Assembly (NCBI GenBank): GCA_964016885.1
Contig: OZ024742.1
Span: forward strand, 58,466,001-58,530,000
Reading direction: 5' to 3'
Length of the DNA stretch: 64,000 nucleotides
Source: Eledone cirrhosa
Taxonomy: Eukaryota
Shown: positions 36,751-48,670 of the stretch, in pieces
How positions within the stretch are numbered: the stretch's first letter is position 1
Layout of the letters: the number at the start of each line of letters is the position of its first letter
Notes under the pieces: generated by a model
What the model saw: only the letters and a program-made list of their open reading frames with translations
Told to the model about the DNA's origin: nothing
Databases searched by the model: none
Position numbers and translations under genes: made by a program

Positions 36751-37422
36751 TTCCTACTCTGTATATAAATGAAAAGTATAGAAATTGTTGTAGCTAGAAG
36801 CTAACAGTATTCCATAACAGTATTCCATATATAGAGAGGGGGGGGGGGGATAATGAGAGAGAGGGGGGGGGGAGAGACTACTTCAAATAACCCCAACTGT
36901 TTATATGATTGAAATTACCATTAAGGATAAGAAAGCAGAGAAAATGCTGAAAATATCTGAAGTAGTACACATCTTGTTACTCAGTCAATCAGGTAGTACA
37001 GGAAGGTATTGTTCCCTATTACTGGAATAGCAGTATAATCAACAACTGTTATAAGGGGAAAGGTTATTCTCTAGAATAAAGGTTCTCAACGGGGGGGGGG
37101 TTGAAGCTTAGGGGGGCGCTGGAAGCCCCTTTAGTTTTTTTAGTTTGGTAAGTTTTATAAGTGAGTATTTGTATGTCTCTTTGACAGCCAGTGTAATGCA
37201 TTTGAATGAAGAAAACGAAGAAAATAAATAAAATAAGCTTGTCAACGAATTCCCTAGGGAGATAAAAAAAAACCAGAAAGAAATCAAAGAAAATGAACAT
37301 AAGGATGTCAACTTTGACAACAGTTACAAGAACAACTTCAACAGAAATGACAACAAAAAGAAGCAATGGTGATGAAAGATGTGGGTGTATACATATACAT
37401 ACATACGAACATACACACATGC

Positions 37423-38035
37423 ATGGTGGCTGCCAACTCGTTTTCGAGTACGGCCACTACTTTATATCCATGTAGGAGGACTCCTACCGATGCGCTGAAC
37501 GAGTGTGACTTTTCAGTCCGGCCAGCGACTTGAAAACTTTGGTACAAACACTACACATGTGACAATTATTGACACATAGTGCTGGGCCCATGGTACCATG
37601 TGACGACAAGTGCAGAGAGATCTCCAGATATAAAGCAATGCCTGTGCCGTGAAGTTTTTATAGTGAGCAAAGGCACTGCACAAAGCCAGTCCCACTCTCT
37701 TAACCAAGATGATATTTACCAAAAAGAAGAACAAGTCAACATCATTGGATATCATCAGGGTTGCAGGTGTGATATCAGAGTTTTCCTTCTCCTAGAATTC
37801 TGCCTTGACAAAAGCTAAGGGGTCATCTCTCCCGGTGATTTTGGATGGCCATTGACTCTTAAGAGCTCCTTTGCCCTTTGACAGGTTTTGTTTTTAGTCC
37901 TGCAGGATGTCCAAAGTCACCCTCCTCACCAAGAAACCTTGGTGGGGTTGCCAGTTTAGTCGCCAACGACCCGACCATGGGACAGGTTGTACTGGGATAC
38001 ATGTTACCAGTAGCACCAACTGGTGACCTGACATA
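37423..38035 (-). mobile_element. Bipartite non-autonomous RTE (5' UTR fused to 3' end), copy 1
   Basis: Carries the RTE 5'-UTR motif CTAGGAGAAGGAAAACTCTGA, a remnant C2H2 finger (CSVCTKVFKSLAGLKSHTRSAH) and the tail TGGCCGTACTCGAAAACGAGTTGGCAGCCACCAT. No tRNA head. Confidence 0.75.
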
Positions 38036-38287
38036 TACACATGCATACGTACATACAGACATACATACACACACACACACACACACAGACCTGCGTTAGT
38101 GTTTGATGAGGTTGAGAACCTGGTCAGCTTTCAGCCAGAACTGTGGTATTTAATCTCCCTAGGTAAAAAAATCTGGAGACAGAATTTTCTCCTTACCCCC
38201 CAAAAAAATAAAATAAAATAAATGCATGTATATATACAAATGTATAAATGCATAGGTATATACATATGTAAATGTATGTATGTATGT

Positions 38288-38852
38288 ATGATTGCTGCTG
38301 ATTGTAATAAATGGAGAAAGACTGTATATGAGGGAAAAGTTGCCTTTGAGGCATCTCGAATCGCATACGAGAAAGTAAAGCGGGATGTGAGGAAGGGCAT
38401 TGCTGTTGCACTTCCAGACGGCGAGGGTCCTCCTATGGTGCTGACATGCAGCGTCTGTGCGAGACTCTGCCTAAGCAAAGCTGGACTCGAAAGTCATCTT
38501 CGCAGTCATAAAGTAAGACCAGTGGTTGACTACCAGGCTGCTGTTGGAGATGCTACTCATCATGCTTGCCAAACATGTGGTAGAGAATGTAGATCAGCAG
38601 GAGGGCTCAAGCGACATGCAAAAGTACATGAACTCCAACCACAGCCGACTATTCCCAGTGAATGTTTTGGTTGCCGACTCTGTGCAAGACATTTTCGATC
38701 ATTGGCTGGGCTAAAAAGCCACATTCGATCGCAGCGCTGTTAGTTGCTATCATGTGTGTGTGTGTGTGTGTGTGTGTGTATAAATATGTTTATGTGTGTG
38801 TGTGTATGTGTATATATATATATGTATATGTATATTATTATTGTTGTTGTCG

Positions 38853-38883
<31 letters not shown>

Positions 38884-39027
38884 ATATGTGTGTGTGTGTA
38901 TATATATGTGTGCGTATATATATATATGTTTCTTTTTTTATTTTATTTTTTATTTATTTATTAATTTTTTGTTTTTTTCTCCTTGTGCAATGGCCATACT
39001 CGATAACGAGGGGGCAGCCATCATCAT
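38288..39027 (+). mobile_element. 3' end of a BovB/RTE-like LINE with three C-terminal C2H2-type fingers
   Basis: AAD..KWR..V..G...FE..R, then CSVC..H..H, CQTC..H..H and CRLC..H..C; stop at 38743; microsatellite-expanded 3' UTR; tail TGGCCATACTCGATAACGAGGGGGCAGCCATCAT. Confidence 0.8.
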
Positions 39028-39162
39028 GTATGTATGTATGTATGTATGTAGATATATATATATATATATATAATGGAAAGAGAGATATATTTTAATTTTA
39101 ATTATATCATATAAAATAATACAACTTATAGATGTGTGTATAATATATATATATATATATAT

Positions 39163-39601
39163 ACACCTCTCCAAGACAATGTCACTGGACCGTGACCTTT
39201 GGCGGTACTCAGTAACAGAGAAGACCCGCCTTGCCAGTAGGCATCTCTAACAAAATACACCCCTCCCGCCGCCACCCCCACCCCATCCACACCACCCCGT
39301 TCTATGTAAAGTTATGTTGGTGCCGCGCCATCCAGGCCGAAACAAATGAGATCGTGTAGGTGTCACGACAAAAAAACACACAGTCCACGCTGTAATGTGG
39401 CCGTGTAGGCAACACGGTAAAAACCTCCCAGACCCACACTGTAAATGTGGTTGGTGTTAGGAAGGGCATCCAACTGTAGAAAACCTGCCAGACAGTCCTA
39501 TGCGAGCAAGACAATCACTCTTGCCTCAAGTGGGACTACCCCCGTCCAAACCCATGCAAGCGTGGAACACGGACGTTAAACGTTGATGATGATGATGATG
39601 A
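39163..39601 (+). mobile_element. RTE subfamily A 3' fragment in (TA)n
   Basis: Matches the 3' UTR of the full-length element; (GAT)n tail. Confidence 0.9.
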
Positions 39602-39629
39602 TATATATATTCATTATTTGTTTAATATG

Positions 39630-39662
<33 letters not shown>

Positions 39663-39703
39663 TGTATGTATAATATATATATATATATATATATAGATGT
39701 ATG

Positions 39704-39743
<40 letters not shown>

Positions 39744-39834
39744 TATATATATAACTTTGACAACTTTCAACCAGTATTGGCCCTGGCCATGTCTAACTTA
39801 ATAGCACCACCTGGCGAAGTCTTACAAATCAGTG

Positions 39835-39865
<31 letters not shown>

Positions 39866-40002
39866 CACACACACACACATATATATTTTCTTTTTTCAGT
39901 CTGGTCTACCATGTTTGAGCCCCCTGTTGGAGATAGAGATATAGACGTTTACCAAACACACACACATTTCTTACTCTCTCTGTCTCCCCTCTTTCTCTCT
40001 TC

Positions 40003-40054
<52 letters not shown>

Positions 40055-40680
40055 TTGTTATTTGGTGTTGTTGAAAAGAGCAGTGGCCTTTGACCTGGGA
40101 ATAAAAACTGGAGACAAAATTCTTTCTGTACCAAAACCAAGGTACACACACACAGTTTGTGCATGTATGTGTGTGCGTGTGCATGTTTATGTGTGTGTGT
40201 ATATCTATGTATATATATATATAAGGGATATCTATGTATATATATATAAGGGATACAGATATTGCTTTCTCAGTCACCAAGCTTCTCAATTCATTCCTTG
40301 TTACTAAGTATTTTATTTTGCTATGAGGTATATTATTTTGCAAGGTACTATTTTTCCCCTGAGTTTATGATTTCAGAGAAAGGTAAGAAATTCTTCATAT
40401 TTTGCATCTTTTGTATTTTGACTTTACAGTTTCAATTGTCTATCCACTCAAAATATTACAACAGCTAACAGTGAAATATAGAATTAAAAAAAAAAAAGCT
40501 TTTTTAACTGAGATCAAATCTTTTTTTTTTTTTAATTTCAAAAATATATAATTTGAAATAGCTAGCTTTTGTTTTGGACTGAAACATTTTTGTATTTAAT
40601 TTGTACGAGTATTTTTTAAAGATTCTAAGATAACTTGATTTGGCCCAGTAGTCTACTGATATCAAAATCAGTAGTCTATT

Positions 40681-40865
40681 GAAAAATGGAAAAATAGGGT
40701 AGGGGGCGTTATGTGATTTCGAGAGGCAAAATGGGGATTTGGCCGAAATGGGTTGAGAAGCTTTGCTCTAGAAAAATGGAAAAATAGGGTAGTGGGCGTT
40801 ACGTGATTTTGAGAGGCAAAAGGGGCGTTTGGCCGAAATGGGTTGAGAACCTTTGCTCTAGAAAA
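40681..40865. repeat. 90-bp tandem duplication of a hAT-MITE-like end
   Basis: GAAAAATGGAAAAATAGGGTAG..GGTTGAGAA(G/C)CTTTGCTCTA twice. Another hAT-type MITE lies at about 45504-45679. Confidence 0.7.
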
Positions 40866-41059
40866 CAGCAGCTATATAAGCATGAAACTGATTGACCAGT
40901 TATGAAAGTAATAGAAATAGTTATAACACAATTAATAAAGAAGCTTAGATGTGATGCAGTTGGGATTTGTGCCAATTCAGAGAATTTATCATGCTGGTAG
41001 GTATCCAAAAAGGTTTGGTTCCCTCACCACAACTCCCATTTGTTCCACTTCAGGTCATA

Positions 41060-41830
41060 AAGGAGTTTAAGATCTGGTTGTCCATGAGAATTTCTATATA
41101 CTGACCTAATTCTCATAGCTGAAAGATACTAATTCTTATAGCTGAATCTGTCAAAGAATTGAAGCAAAGCCTAAAGATCTGAAAATAAACCTAGCAAAGA
41201 CATTATCTATATTGATTGCCTGGTTGCCTATTTGTCTTTACACGTGCCCTTCAATGCTCTCTATAAATCATCAGCCTTCTGAGCTCTCTTGCATAATCCA
41301 CTCTGGTATCTTTCAGCAGGCTATCAATGTAATTGTTTTTCTTCTACTCCTATTTATGTATCCCACTGATGGTTCCCACAAAACACGATCACTTGCTATC
41401 TCCTCATAGGGACAAACACTGACCTGCAAGTTTCATTCTTCTATACTTTATCTTTTATGTTAACAGGAAAGAAGACAGGACTCCTCCAGTCATCTTGTAA
41501 ATAGCCATTCTCAATATTCCAAAAAGAAAGAGGTAACAATGTTATACAGTCTACAAAATATAAACTACGAATGCACAAGAGATGCAGTGGGGTCACAGGC
41601 AGATTGGTAGAAAAAAAGATGTGTATGTAGTAGATACACAAAGGTAACCAGTAGTAAGAGTATTTATAATAAAATGTTTAGAGGGTTCCCTAGAAATAGT
41701 TGGTGGCTTCCTTTTACAGAGATAACCAAATTAGCAGTGGAGGAAGACATCCTGAAAATATAATAACCAGAGTAAGAACAGGGAGGAGAAATGTTCAGAG
41801 AGCTATTATCCTTACTTGTAACAAAGGAAT
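41060..41830 (+). mobile_element. Ancient RTE (PHD family) remnants
   Basis: Decayed GCP.E.LY.DDL.LIAES, HKRCSG and DQISSGG motifs. Similar relics at about 43690-44065, 48830-49190, 60715-60990 and 61400-61640; old RTE tails at about 49500-49975, 50350-50470, 51290-51960, 52703-52843 and 60540-60670. Confidence 0.6.
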
Positions 41831-42410
41831 TAATGTCAGATTAAAAATACCTTGGTATTTCTTCCAACTCACTGAGCTCTGAGTTCAAATCCTGCTGAAG
41901 TCAACTTTACCTTTCATCCTTTTGAGGTTGATAAATAAAGTTCCTGTTCTGTACAGTGGTTGGTTTTTCCTCTTTAAGTATGTGTTCAGTCACGGAGAGG
42001 GATGGGCTCTGCCAGGTTTAAAATACTCAAAACACACTGTCAGGTTGGTGTCCTGAAGACTCCTTCTGGAGTAATGAGTACTTTATTTTTACTTTATACA
42101 TTATATTGTATATATGCAAACAAAACAAAAATTTTAAAGCCATTTAGTCTGTTAAAACAATTGTATGTACGTTCTCAATGTATATGTGTGAGTGTGTCTT
42201 CACATTTGACATAGCTAGTTCAGGTGGTGAGGTTTGTTTATGATCTGCATAAAGAAAAGTCTTGTGGTTCAACAGTTAGACATGTGAAGATCCATACCCT
42301 ACTTAAAACCAAGTGAGGGCTGGTATTAGGAGGAGTATCCAAACATAGAAACTACCTTAAAAAGCCTAATCCAATCTAGGCTAGCATGGAAAAACAATGA
42401 CAATGATGTA

Positions 42411-42756
42411 TCATCATTCATCATCATTTCATTTTACGTCTGCTTTTTCCTTGCTTGCAAGGGTGGGACGGGAACTGATTCTGGCTTGATTTCTACAGCT
42501 GGATGCCCTTCCTAACACCAACCCCATTTACAGTGAGTGCTGGGTGCTTTTTTGCCGTGGCACCTCCACGACCACTTTGCAGTGGAATGATAGGGACCCC
42601 AGTCCCTATCATCTCATTTCTACAGCTGAGTAAACTGGAGCAATGTGAAATAAAGTGTCTTGCTCAAGGAAACAACACATCACCCGGTCTGAGAATTGAA
42701 CTCACAACCTTTTGATTGCAAGGCCAATGCTCTAACCACTAAGCCATGTGCCTCCA
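42411..42756 (-). mobile_element. tRNA-derived SINE with an RTE subfamily B tail (S3)
   Basis: A box TGGCTTAGTGG, B box GAGTTCAATTC and the S2-type core, then about 110 nt nearly identical to the RTE-B 3' UTR and a TGA-repeat tail. Confidence 0.9.
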
Positions 42757-44502
42757 TGAAAATATACATATAATTACACACACAATTCTGTTTAGAATAT
42801 GTTTTAGAATATTTGTACATATAATTTATCGAAGACATCATGACTAGGATGGCGCTTGGAAGTCTTTTATATTTGCATTTAATTAAGCAATTGCTTTTGC
42901 AGTTCTACAACCAAGTAAGTGGGAATGCTATTGTCAAACAGACACTTTGGAACAAACAGAAATATAGAATCTGTCAGCAGTCATAAGACAATTGTTTTAT
43001 GCCTTGGCTGACAAGGAAGTTCAATCATTATCATCATCACCATTTATACATCTGCTTTTCTATGAAAGCATGGTTTGGACACAACTATTTGAGGCAGTTT
43101 TTCTATGGTCAAATACTCTTACTGATGCCAACTGATACTGATATATGTGGTATATACCATTCATCAACCACTATGCCACAGAACAACTGTTACCATCTTT
43201 TTTAAAACCCTTTTGTAACAATATATATTATGGAAGACACTGCCCATGTATTTCAAATCATTTGGAAAATAATCAAAAATTTGGAGGGATTTAACAATAT
43301 AATTGTTTCATTATTGAGTTAGTGTTTAGAGCATAGTTAAAAAAAATCTTTTTATATAAAATTATGATACAGGGTGTTTAAATAAATATAAAATCATGAA
43401 AACAAACAGTTTTGTATTATAGAACAAGGACCAGTTTCAAGTGGTTTGGTATCAAACGAGTTAATGGTAGTTATGAAGAGACATGTAGTTAACTGATACA
43501 CACACACACGTTTCAGGTTCAATCTCACTGCCTAGAAATGTCATAGTGTATCCAGCATAAACCATGGATGCATAGAGTTCTGTGGGACCACAGAGAAGTC
43601 GACAGAATAGTACTTCTTATGTAGCAGGTATACGGGAGTAGTTATCAATAAGAACACTCATAAAAAACAACAACATCCTTTTAGATGCTTAAAGGGCTCC
43701 TTAGAAGTAGTTGAGATCATCTGTTACTGAGGTGACATAATTAGCAATGGAGGAGGGTGCTCCAAAAGCACAGGAGCTGGAATAAAAAAAAGAGTAAAAA
43801 TATTTTGTGGAGCTATTTTCTGATAACAAAAGGATTCTCTATATGAGTGAAAGGCAGACTGTATGATGGCTGTATACACAATATTGCATGATTGTTGTAT
43901 ACACAATATTGCATGATGGTTATATACATAGAACATGGGCAGTGAATGTCAAGAATATGTGAAGGATGGCTGAAAAGAAATGAGACAAGCAGGTACCATT
44001 GAATGTGTAATGTTAATGTGGAACACAAATGAGATGAGAAACAAACTGGATATAAGAAAATTCAGATTTAGTTTTAGAGACACGAAAAGTATTACACCAA
44101 ATTATAGCGAGGAGAAACGCGTTGAAATAGCCATTCCACCCCACGGAACTCATTCCTATGGGTGGCTAACTCTGTCATAACAGCGAGTATACCTAGCTGA
44201 AAATGAGTACCAATAGTAGCTGGAGGTTTAACTCTGTGATGGACTGGCATCTCGACAAGAGGAGAGCTTTGTACTTTCAGTTACATAAAACCAAGGAAAC
44301 TAGGATAATCACCAGCCTGAAGGGGCTCCGAGCTTGAAATAGACTTTTGACTTTTATGCACTAGGAATTCAAATCCTGCGAAGGTCAATTTTGCTTTTCA
44401 TCCTTTCGAAGTCAATAAATAAAATACTGGAGATGACACTTCTTTTTCAATTTTCTGAGAAATGGGGAATATATCTGAAGTTTTAATATTTTAGTATTTA
44501 AA

Positions 44503-45076
44503 ATATTGTTATACTTTGGGAGGGTCATGTTGCCAATAAGAAACACACGCACCAGTTGCTTTCACTTCAATTTAATTTATTAAATATTTATAAATTTACA
44601 AATTTATAAATTTCTGGTTGGTTGGTTGGTTCCACAACCAGATAGTTGTTTATATATATATAGTCATAGTTCTTTCGTCACACACTCTGTGACCTCTTCA
44701 GTGACTGGGGATTTCGTTCTTCGTTTCTGTGTCTTTCCTTTCTTCTATCCTACGCCATTTGAAAAATGGCGTAGGATAGAAGAAAGGAAAGACACAGAAA
44801 CGAAGAACGAAATCCCCAGTCACTGAAGAGGTCACAGAGTGTGTGACGAAAGAACTATGACTATATATATATAAACAACTATCTGGTTGTGGAACCAACC
44901 AACCAACCAGAAATTTATAAATTTGTAAATTTATAAATATTTAATAAATTAAATTGAAGTGAAAGCAACTGGTGCGTGTGTTTCTTATTGGCAACATGAC
45001 CCTCCCAAAGTATAACAATATCGGTTTCAACACACGATTTCAGATAAAGAATCTTGCTAAACAAATTCAGAAACGA
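44503..45076. mobile_element. PLE pLTR fold-back insertion: perfect palindrome 44503-45021 (258-bp arms, 3-nt loop) plus a 55-bp tail, with a 12-bp TSD
   Basis: I saw no arm mismatches. AGTATTTAAAAT occurs at 44493-44504 and 45077-45088. Confidence 0.9.
44818..44862 (+). ncRNA. Minimal type I hammerhead ribozyme (mirror copy at 44662-44706, minus strand)
   Basis: Stem I AGTCA/TGACT, CTGAAGA, stem II GTCACA/TGTGAC, GAAA, very short stem III, CUA triplet. Confidence 0.75.
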
Positions 45077-46799
45077 AGTATTTAAAATGTTTTAGAGTAT
45101 AGTTTTTGTTTCACAATTCCATTACATAATGATTTTTTTTACTAATTTCCAATCATTTTGAAGACCATATTCATTCAAAACATAAACTACAATAGGAAGT
45201 ATGAATTTCATGTTGAAAGTGAAACCAGTGTAATATTCACTCGCAAAGTGAAACTAGTGTAATATTCACCTCCAAAGTGAAAATATTTTAACACCTCATT
45301 CAACATAAAATTTTGAAGTTGGTGAAAATTGGCAAAATATTGACCTTGAATATAAGCTACACCCCATTTTCCCATAGAATTTTTTTGTCATATTTTTCAG
45401 TTTATCTATGACTATATACGATGAATGTGTGTGTATATATATATACACATATATAAGATGAATTGGTAGAGTTGGTAGAATGTCAGATAGAGTGCTTTAC
45501 AGTAGGCATCCCAAACATGCGACCCGCAGCTCTTTACAAGCACACCTGCAGTTCGTACAAAGGTTTTTACAGTGCGAACATGTTTTATCTTCATAATATA
45601 AAATTTAAAAAATTAGTTGTAATGTGTGCAATTAGCTGTTATGTGTGGCCCTCGGGGGATCCTGAGTTTGACAGGCCTGCTTTACGGTATTTTTTCCAGC
45701 TCTTTCAGTTCAAATCTCGGCAAGGTCAACTTTGCCTTTCATACTTTCAAAGTTGATAAAAAATGTACCAGTCCAGTACATGAGAAGATTCTTTCACTGT
45801 ATATCTTTCTCACATCCCTTCTCTCACTCTCTGTACTTCTCTGGAAGAAATCAGCTATTTCCAAACCTGGAGAGGAGATATGTTCCACCATCTTTTAAAA
45901 TGCTCAAGAAATGCTGTATGTCAATATGGCGCACTTACGATTATGACAGGAGTTACAGTTAAAATAAATAAATATATATATATAATATTCTAATCAAACA
46001 TACAGGCTTCACACAGCAAAAGAACCAGTAAATGGGTATCTTGTCAAGCTTAGTCGGAAACAAGATATCACTTTCAGAAATGTAAAACCAATAATAACGA
46101 CTATAAAAACTGTTTAAAATCAGAATGTCATATGTGATTGGAGGGTGAAATATATTTTTAAAAAAAACAAAGGAAAAAAAAAAAAAAAAAAAAAATCAAC
46201 ATTTCAATAGCTTCCTTGTATAAGAAAAACACTAGCAGAGAACAAAAGGAGAAAAGTTTGAGTAGATATAACCTAGTTTGTCTCATCACACACAAGATCA
46301 AATGGTGGCTACAATGAAAGAGAACACCCATTTACTTACATACACATACACAATATTTCTCTCATATATATATATATGTAGATCCTGTGTAATATTGGGG
46401 GTTGGGGTGTGATCACAGTTAAAAAAGGTATTCAATACATTAGTAGAGTGTAAGGATCATTGATGATTTCATACAAATAAAGCAGTTCTAGTCCTATAGA
46501 AATCATTTCTATATTAAATAACGATACACACACATATATAGGCAAACTATGATGATGAACAGCGATGACATATAGTTATTTACATATACATTTATATACA
46601 AGATCAGGAGACAAACACCCTAACCACTAAGCCATGCACCTTCACATTATGTATGTAAACACACACATATGTATACACATATGCATATAATTACATACAT
46701 ATAGATGAAATCAAGAGAAACTTGTATTGCAAGTAACTTCAACTTAATATAAATCTATAATAGTTTCATTCTATTATATAAATCATCACTTGAGCTTGG

Positions 46800-47018
46800 A
46801 GTGCTGGTTGCATGGATTGCCACATTCCTCCTCCATCCATCTCAGTTATCCATTGCTTTCAGCAGGTCCTCCAGATTTCATTCAGCATCCTCACATAGTT
46901 GTTTAATGTATATTTTGTGAAGTCTGCCAACATTGGAATGCCTATGCTTTGATGTCCATAACAACAAATTACTGACAATTTCTTCCTCTGCTTTCCAGCA
47001 GTGTCAGCAAATCTGGTA
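46800..47018 (-). mobile_element. Decayed 3' end of an RTE/RTE-X-like LINE
   Basis: RFA.HCW...EEIVSNLLLW...GR..K.YI.QLCED...LEDL..AMD..DGWR. Confidence 0.6.
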
Positions 47019-47020
47019 TA

Positions 47021-48016
47021 TCTGTATATATATATATAAAATTAAGTATGTGTGTGTGTCTGTGTATTACCTATAGGGGCCTACATCTTACGACCGATTT
47101 TCATGAAACTTTACAGGCTCATAGATTAGTCATTGGGGAGTGTTTTCTATATATCAGCGTATCGTTTTTTTTATTCCGGGGTCATTCTGCAAATAAAAAT
47201 CGATGGGGGGGGGGGGGGGGGGTCACCTTTTTTTAGGTATCGAAAAATAAGATTTTTGGCTCTAGCTCCCACATTTTGCCACCAATTTCGTTCAAATTTT
47301 AAAGCAAAATAGAATTTATCATTGTACATCCTGTAATGGCTTTATACTTTGTATTTGTTGTTCAGGGACGGCGCGGCAGCCGCTTTAATATTCAAAAATA
47401 CCACATTTAGACTCAAATTTCCACTTTTTCGGCTCTAGCTCTCACATTAATCAACCTACTTTGTTCAAATTTTACACTACGCTAGATCTGATTATTTCAC
47501 GTCTTACAGTGTCTTTATATAATAAATATTCGAAAATACCACCTTTTCGGCTCTAGCTCCCACATTTTTCAACCGATTTCATTCAAATTCGAAACTTTGG
47601 CTCCACCTCACACATAAATCAATTTATTTGATTCAACATTTATACTACGATAGAACCTATCATTAGCTCCCACATTTTTCAACTGATTTCGTTCAAATTC
47701 GAAACTTCGGCTCTACCTCACACATAAATCAATTTATTAGGTTCAACTTTTATACTACGATAGAACCTATCATTGCACATCTTATAGTAGCTTACACTTT
47801 GCATTTTTTGTTCAGGGACGGCGTGGCAGCCGTTTAACTCTTCAAAATACGATTTTTTCCACCTCCCACATATTCCATACGATTTCACTCAACATTTCGC
47901 CATTTGCTACACCTTACGACCGATTTTCAAGAAACTCGCAGTCGCTAAGATAAACACCTTTTCATCAAAGCAGATATTATTTTACCTACCCAGGCATCGC
48001 TGGGTATTGCTGCTAG
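47021..48016 (+). mobile_element. Non-autonomous Helitron
   Basis: A|TCTGTATATATATATAAAA start; 3' hairpin ACCCAG-GCATCG-CTGGGT followed by CTAG|T; internal repeats of GGCTCTAGCTCCCACATTTT. Confidence 0.85.
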
Positions 48017-48137
48017 TTATATATAAATATATAGTGAAACATGTGTCATCAATAAACGTAATGAAGACATAACAAATCATCCTTGTATTATTATATGTGT
48101 GTGTGTGTATGTATGTATGTGTGTATATATATATATA

Positions 48138-48529
48138 TCATCATCACCGTTTTACGCCCGTTCTTCCACGCTAGCATGGGTTAGACGGGTTGTCCTGTTG
48201 TGGGTTAGAGCATTGGCCTTGCAATCGAAAGGTTGTGAGTTCAATTCTCAGACCGGGTGATGTGTTGTTTCCTTGAGCAAGACACTTTATTTCACATTGC
48301 TCCAGTTTCCTCAGCTGTAGAAATGAGATGATAGGGACAGGGGTCCCTATCATTCCACTGCAAAGTGGTCGTGGAGGTGCCACGGCAAAAAAGCACCCAG
48401 CACTCACTGTAAATGAGGTTGGTGTTAGGAAGGGCATCCAGCTGTAGAAATCAAGACAGAATCAGTTCCCCTCCCACCCTTGCAAGCAGGGAAAAAGTGG
48501 ACGTAAAATGAAATGATGATGAAATGATG
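48138..48529. mobile_element. Chimera: RTE-B tail (minus, 48138-48204) joined head-to-head to an S3 SINE (plus, 48203-48529)
   Basis: The left part is the reverse complement of 25932-26000. The right part matches 42411-42737 but lacks the first ~19 nt of the head. Confidence 0.85.
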
Positions 48530-48608
48530 CTTCAGCATTACGTGTGTGTGTGGGGGGGGGGGGGTCTTCTGTATTACTGCGTGACGACAGAGGTCACGGT
48601 CGTGAATG

Positions 48609-48670
<62 letters not shown>

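Noticed and set aside
37940-38035. HDV-like ribozyme at the 5' end of the bipartite RTE
   Set aside because: CTAA and a P2-like pairing are present, but I could not build P1/P1.1, and the putative P3 differs between the two copies.
40053-40141. PDZ-like peptide AVAFDLGIKTGDKILSV with AG/GT borders
   Set aside because: A similar DNA stretch occurs at 38155-38205 out of frame, so it is probably a repeat. There is no polypyrimidine acceptor and no supporting neighbouring exon.
47268-47790. Regularly recurring repeats resembling a CRISPR-like array
   Set aside because: Eukaryotic context, spacers are related to each other, no cas genes; these are internal Helitron repeats.
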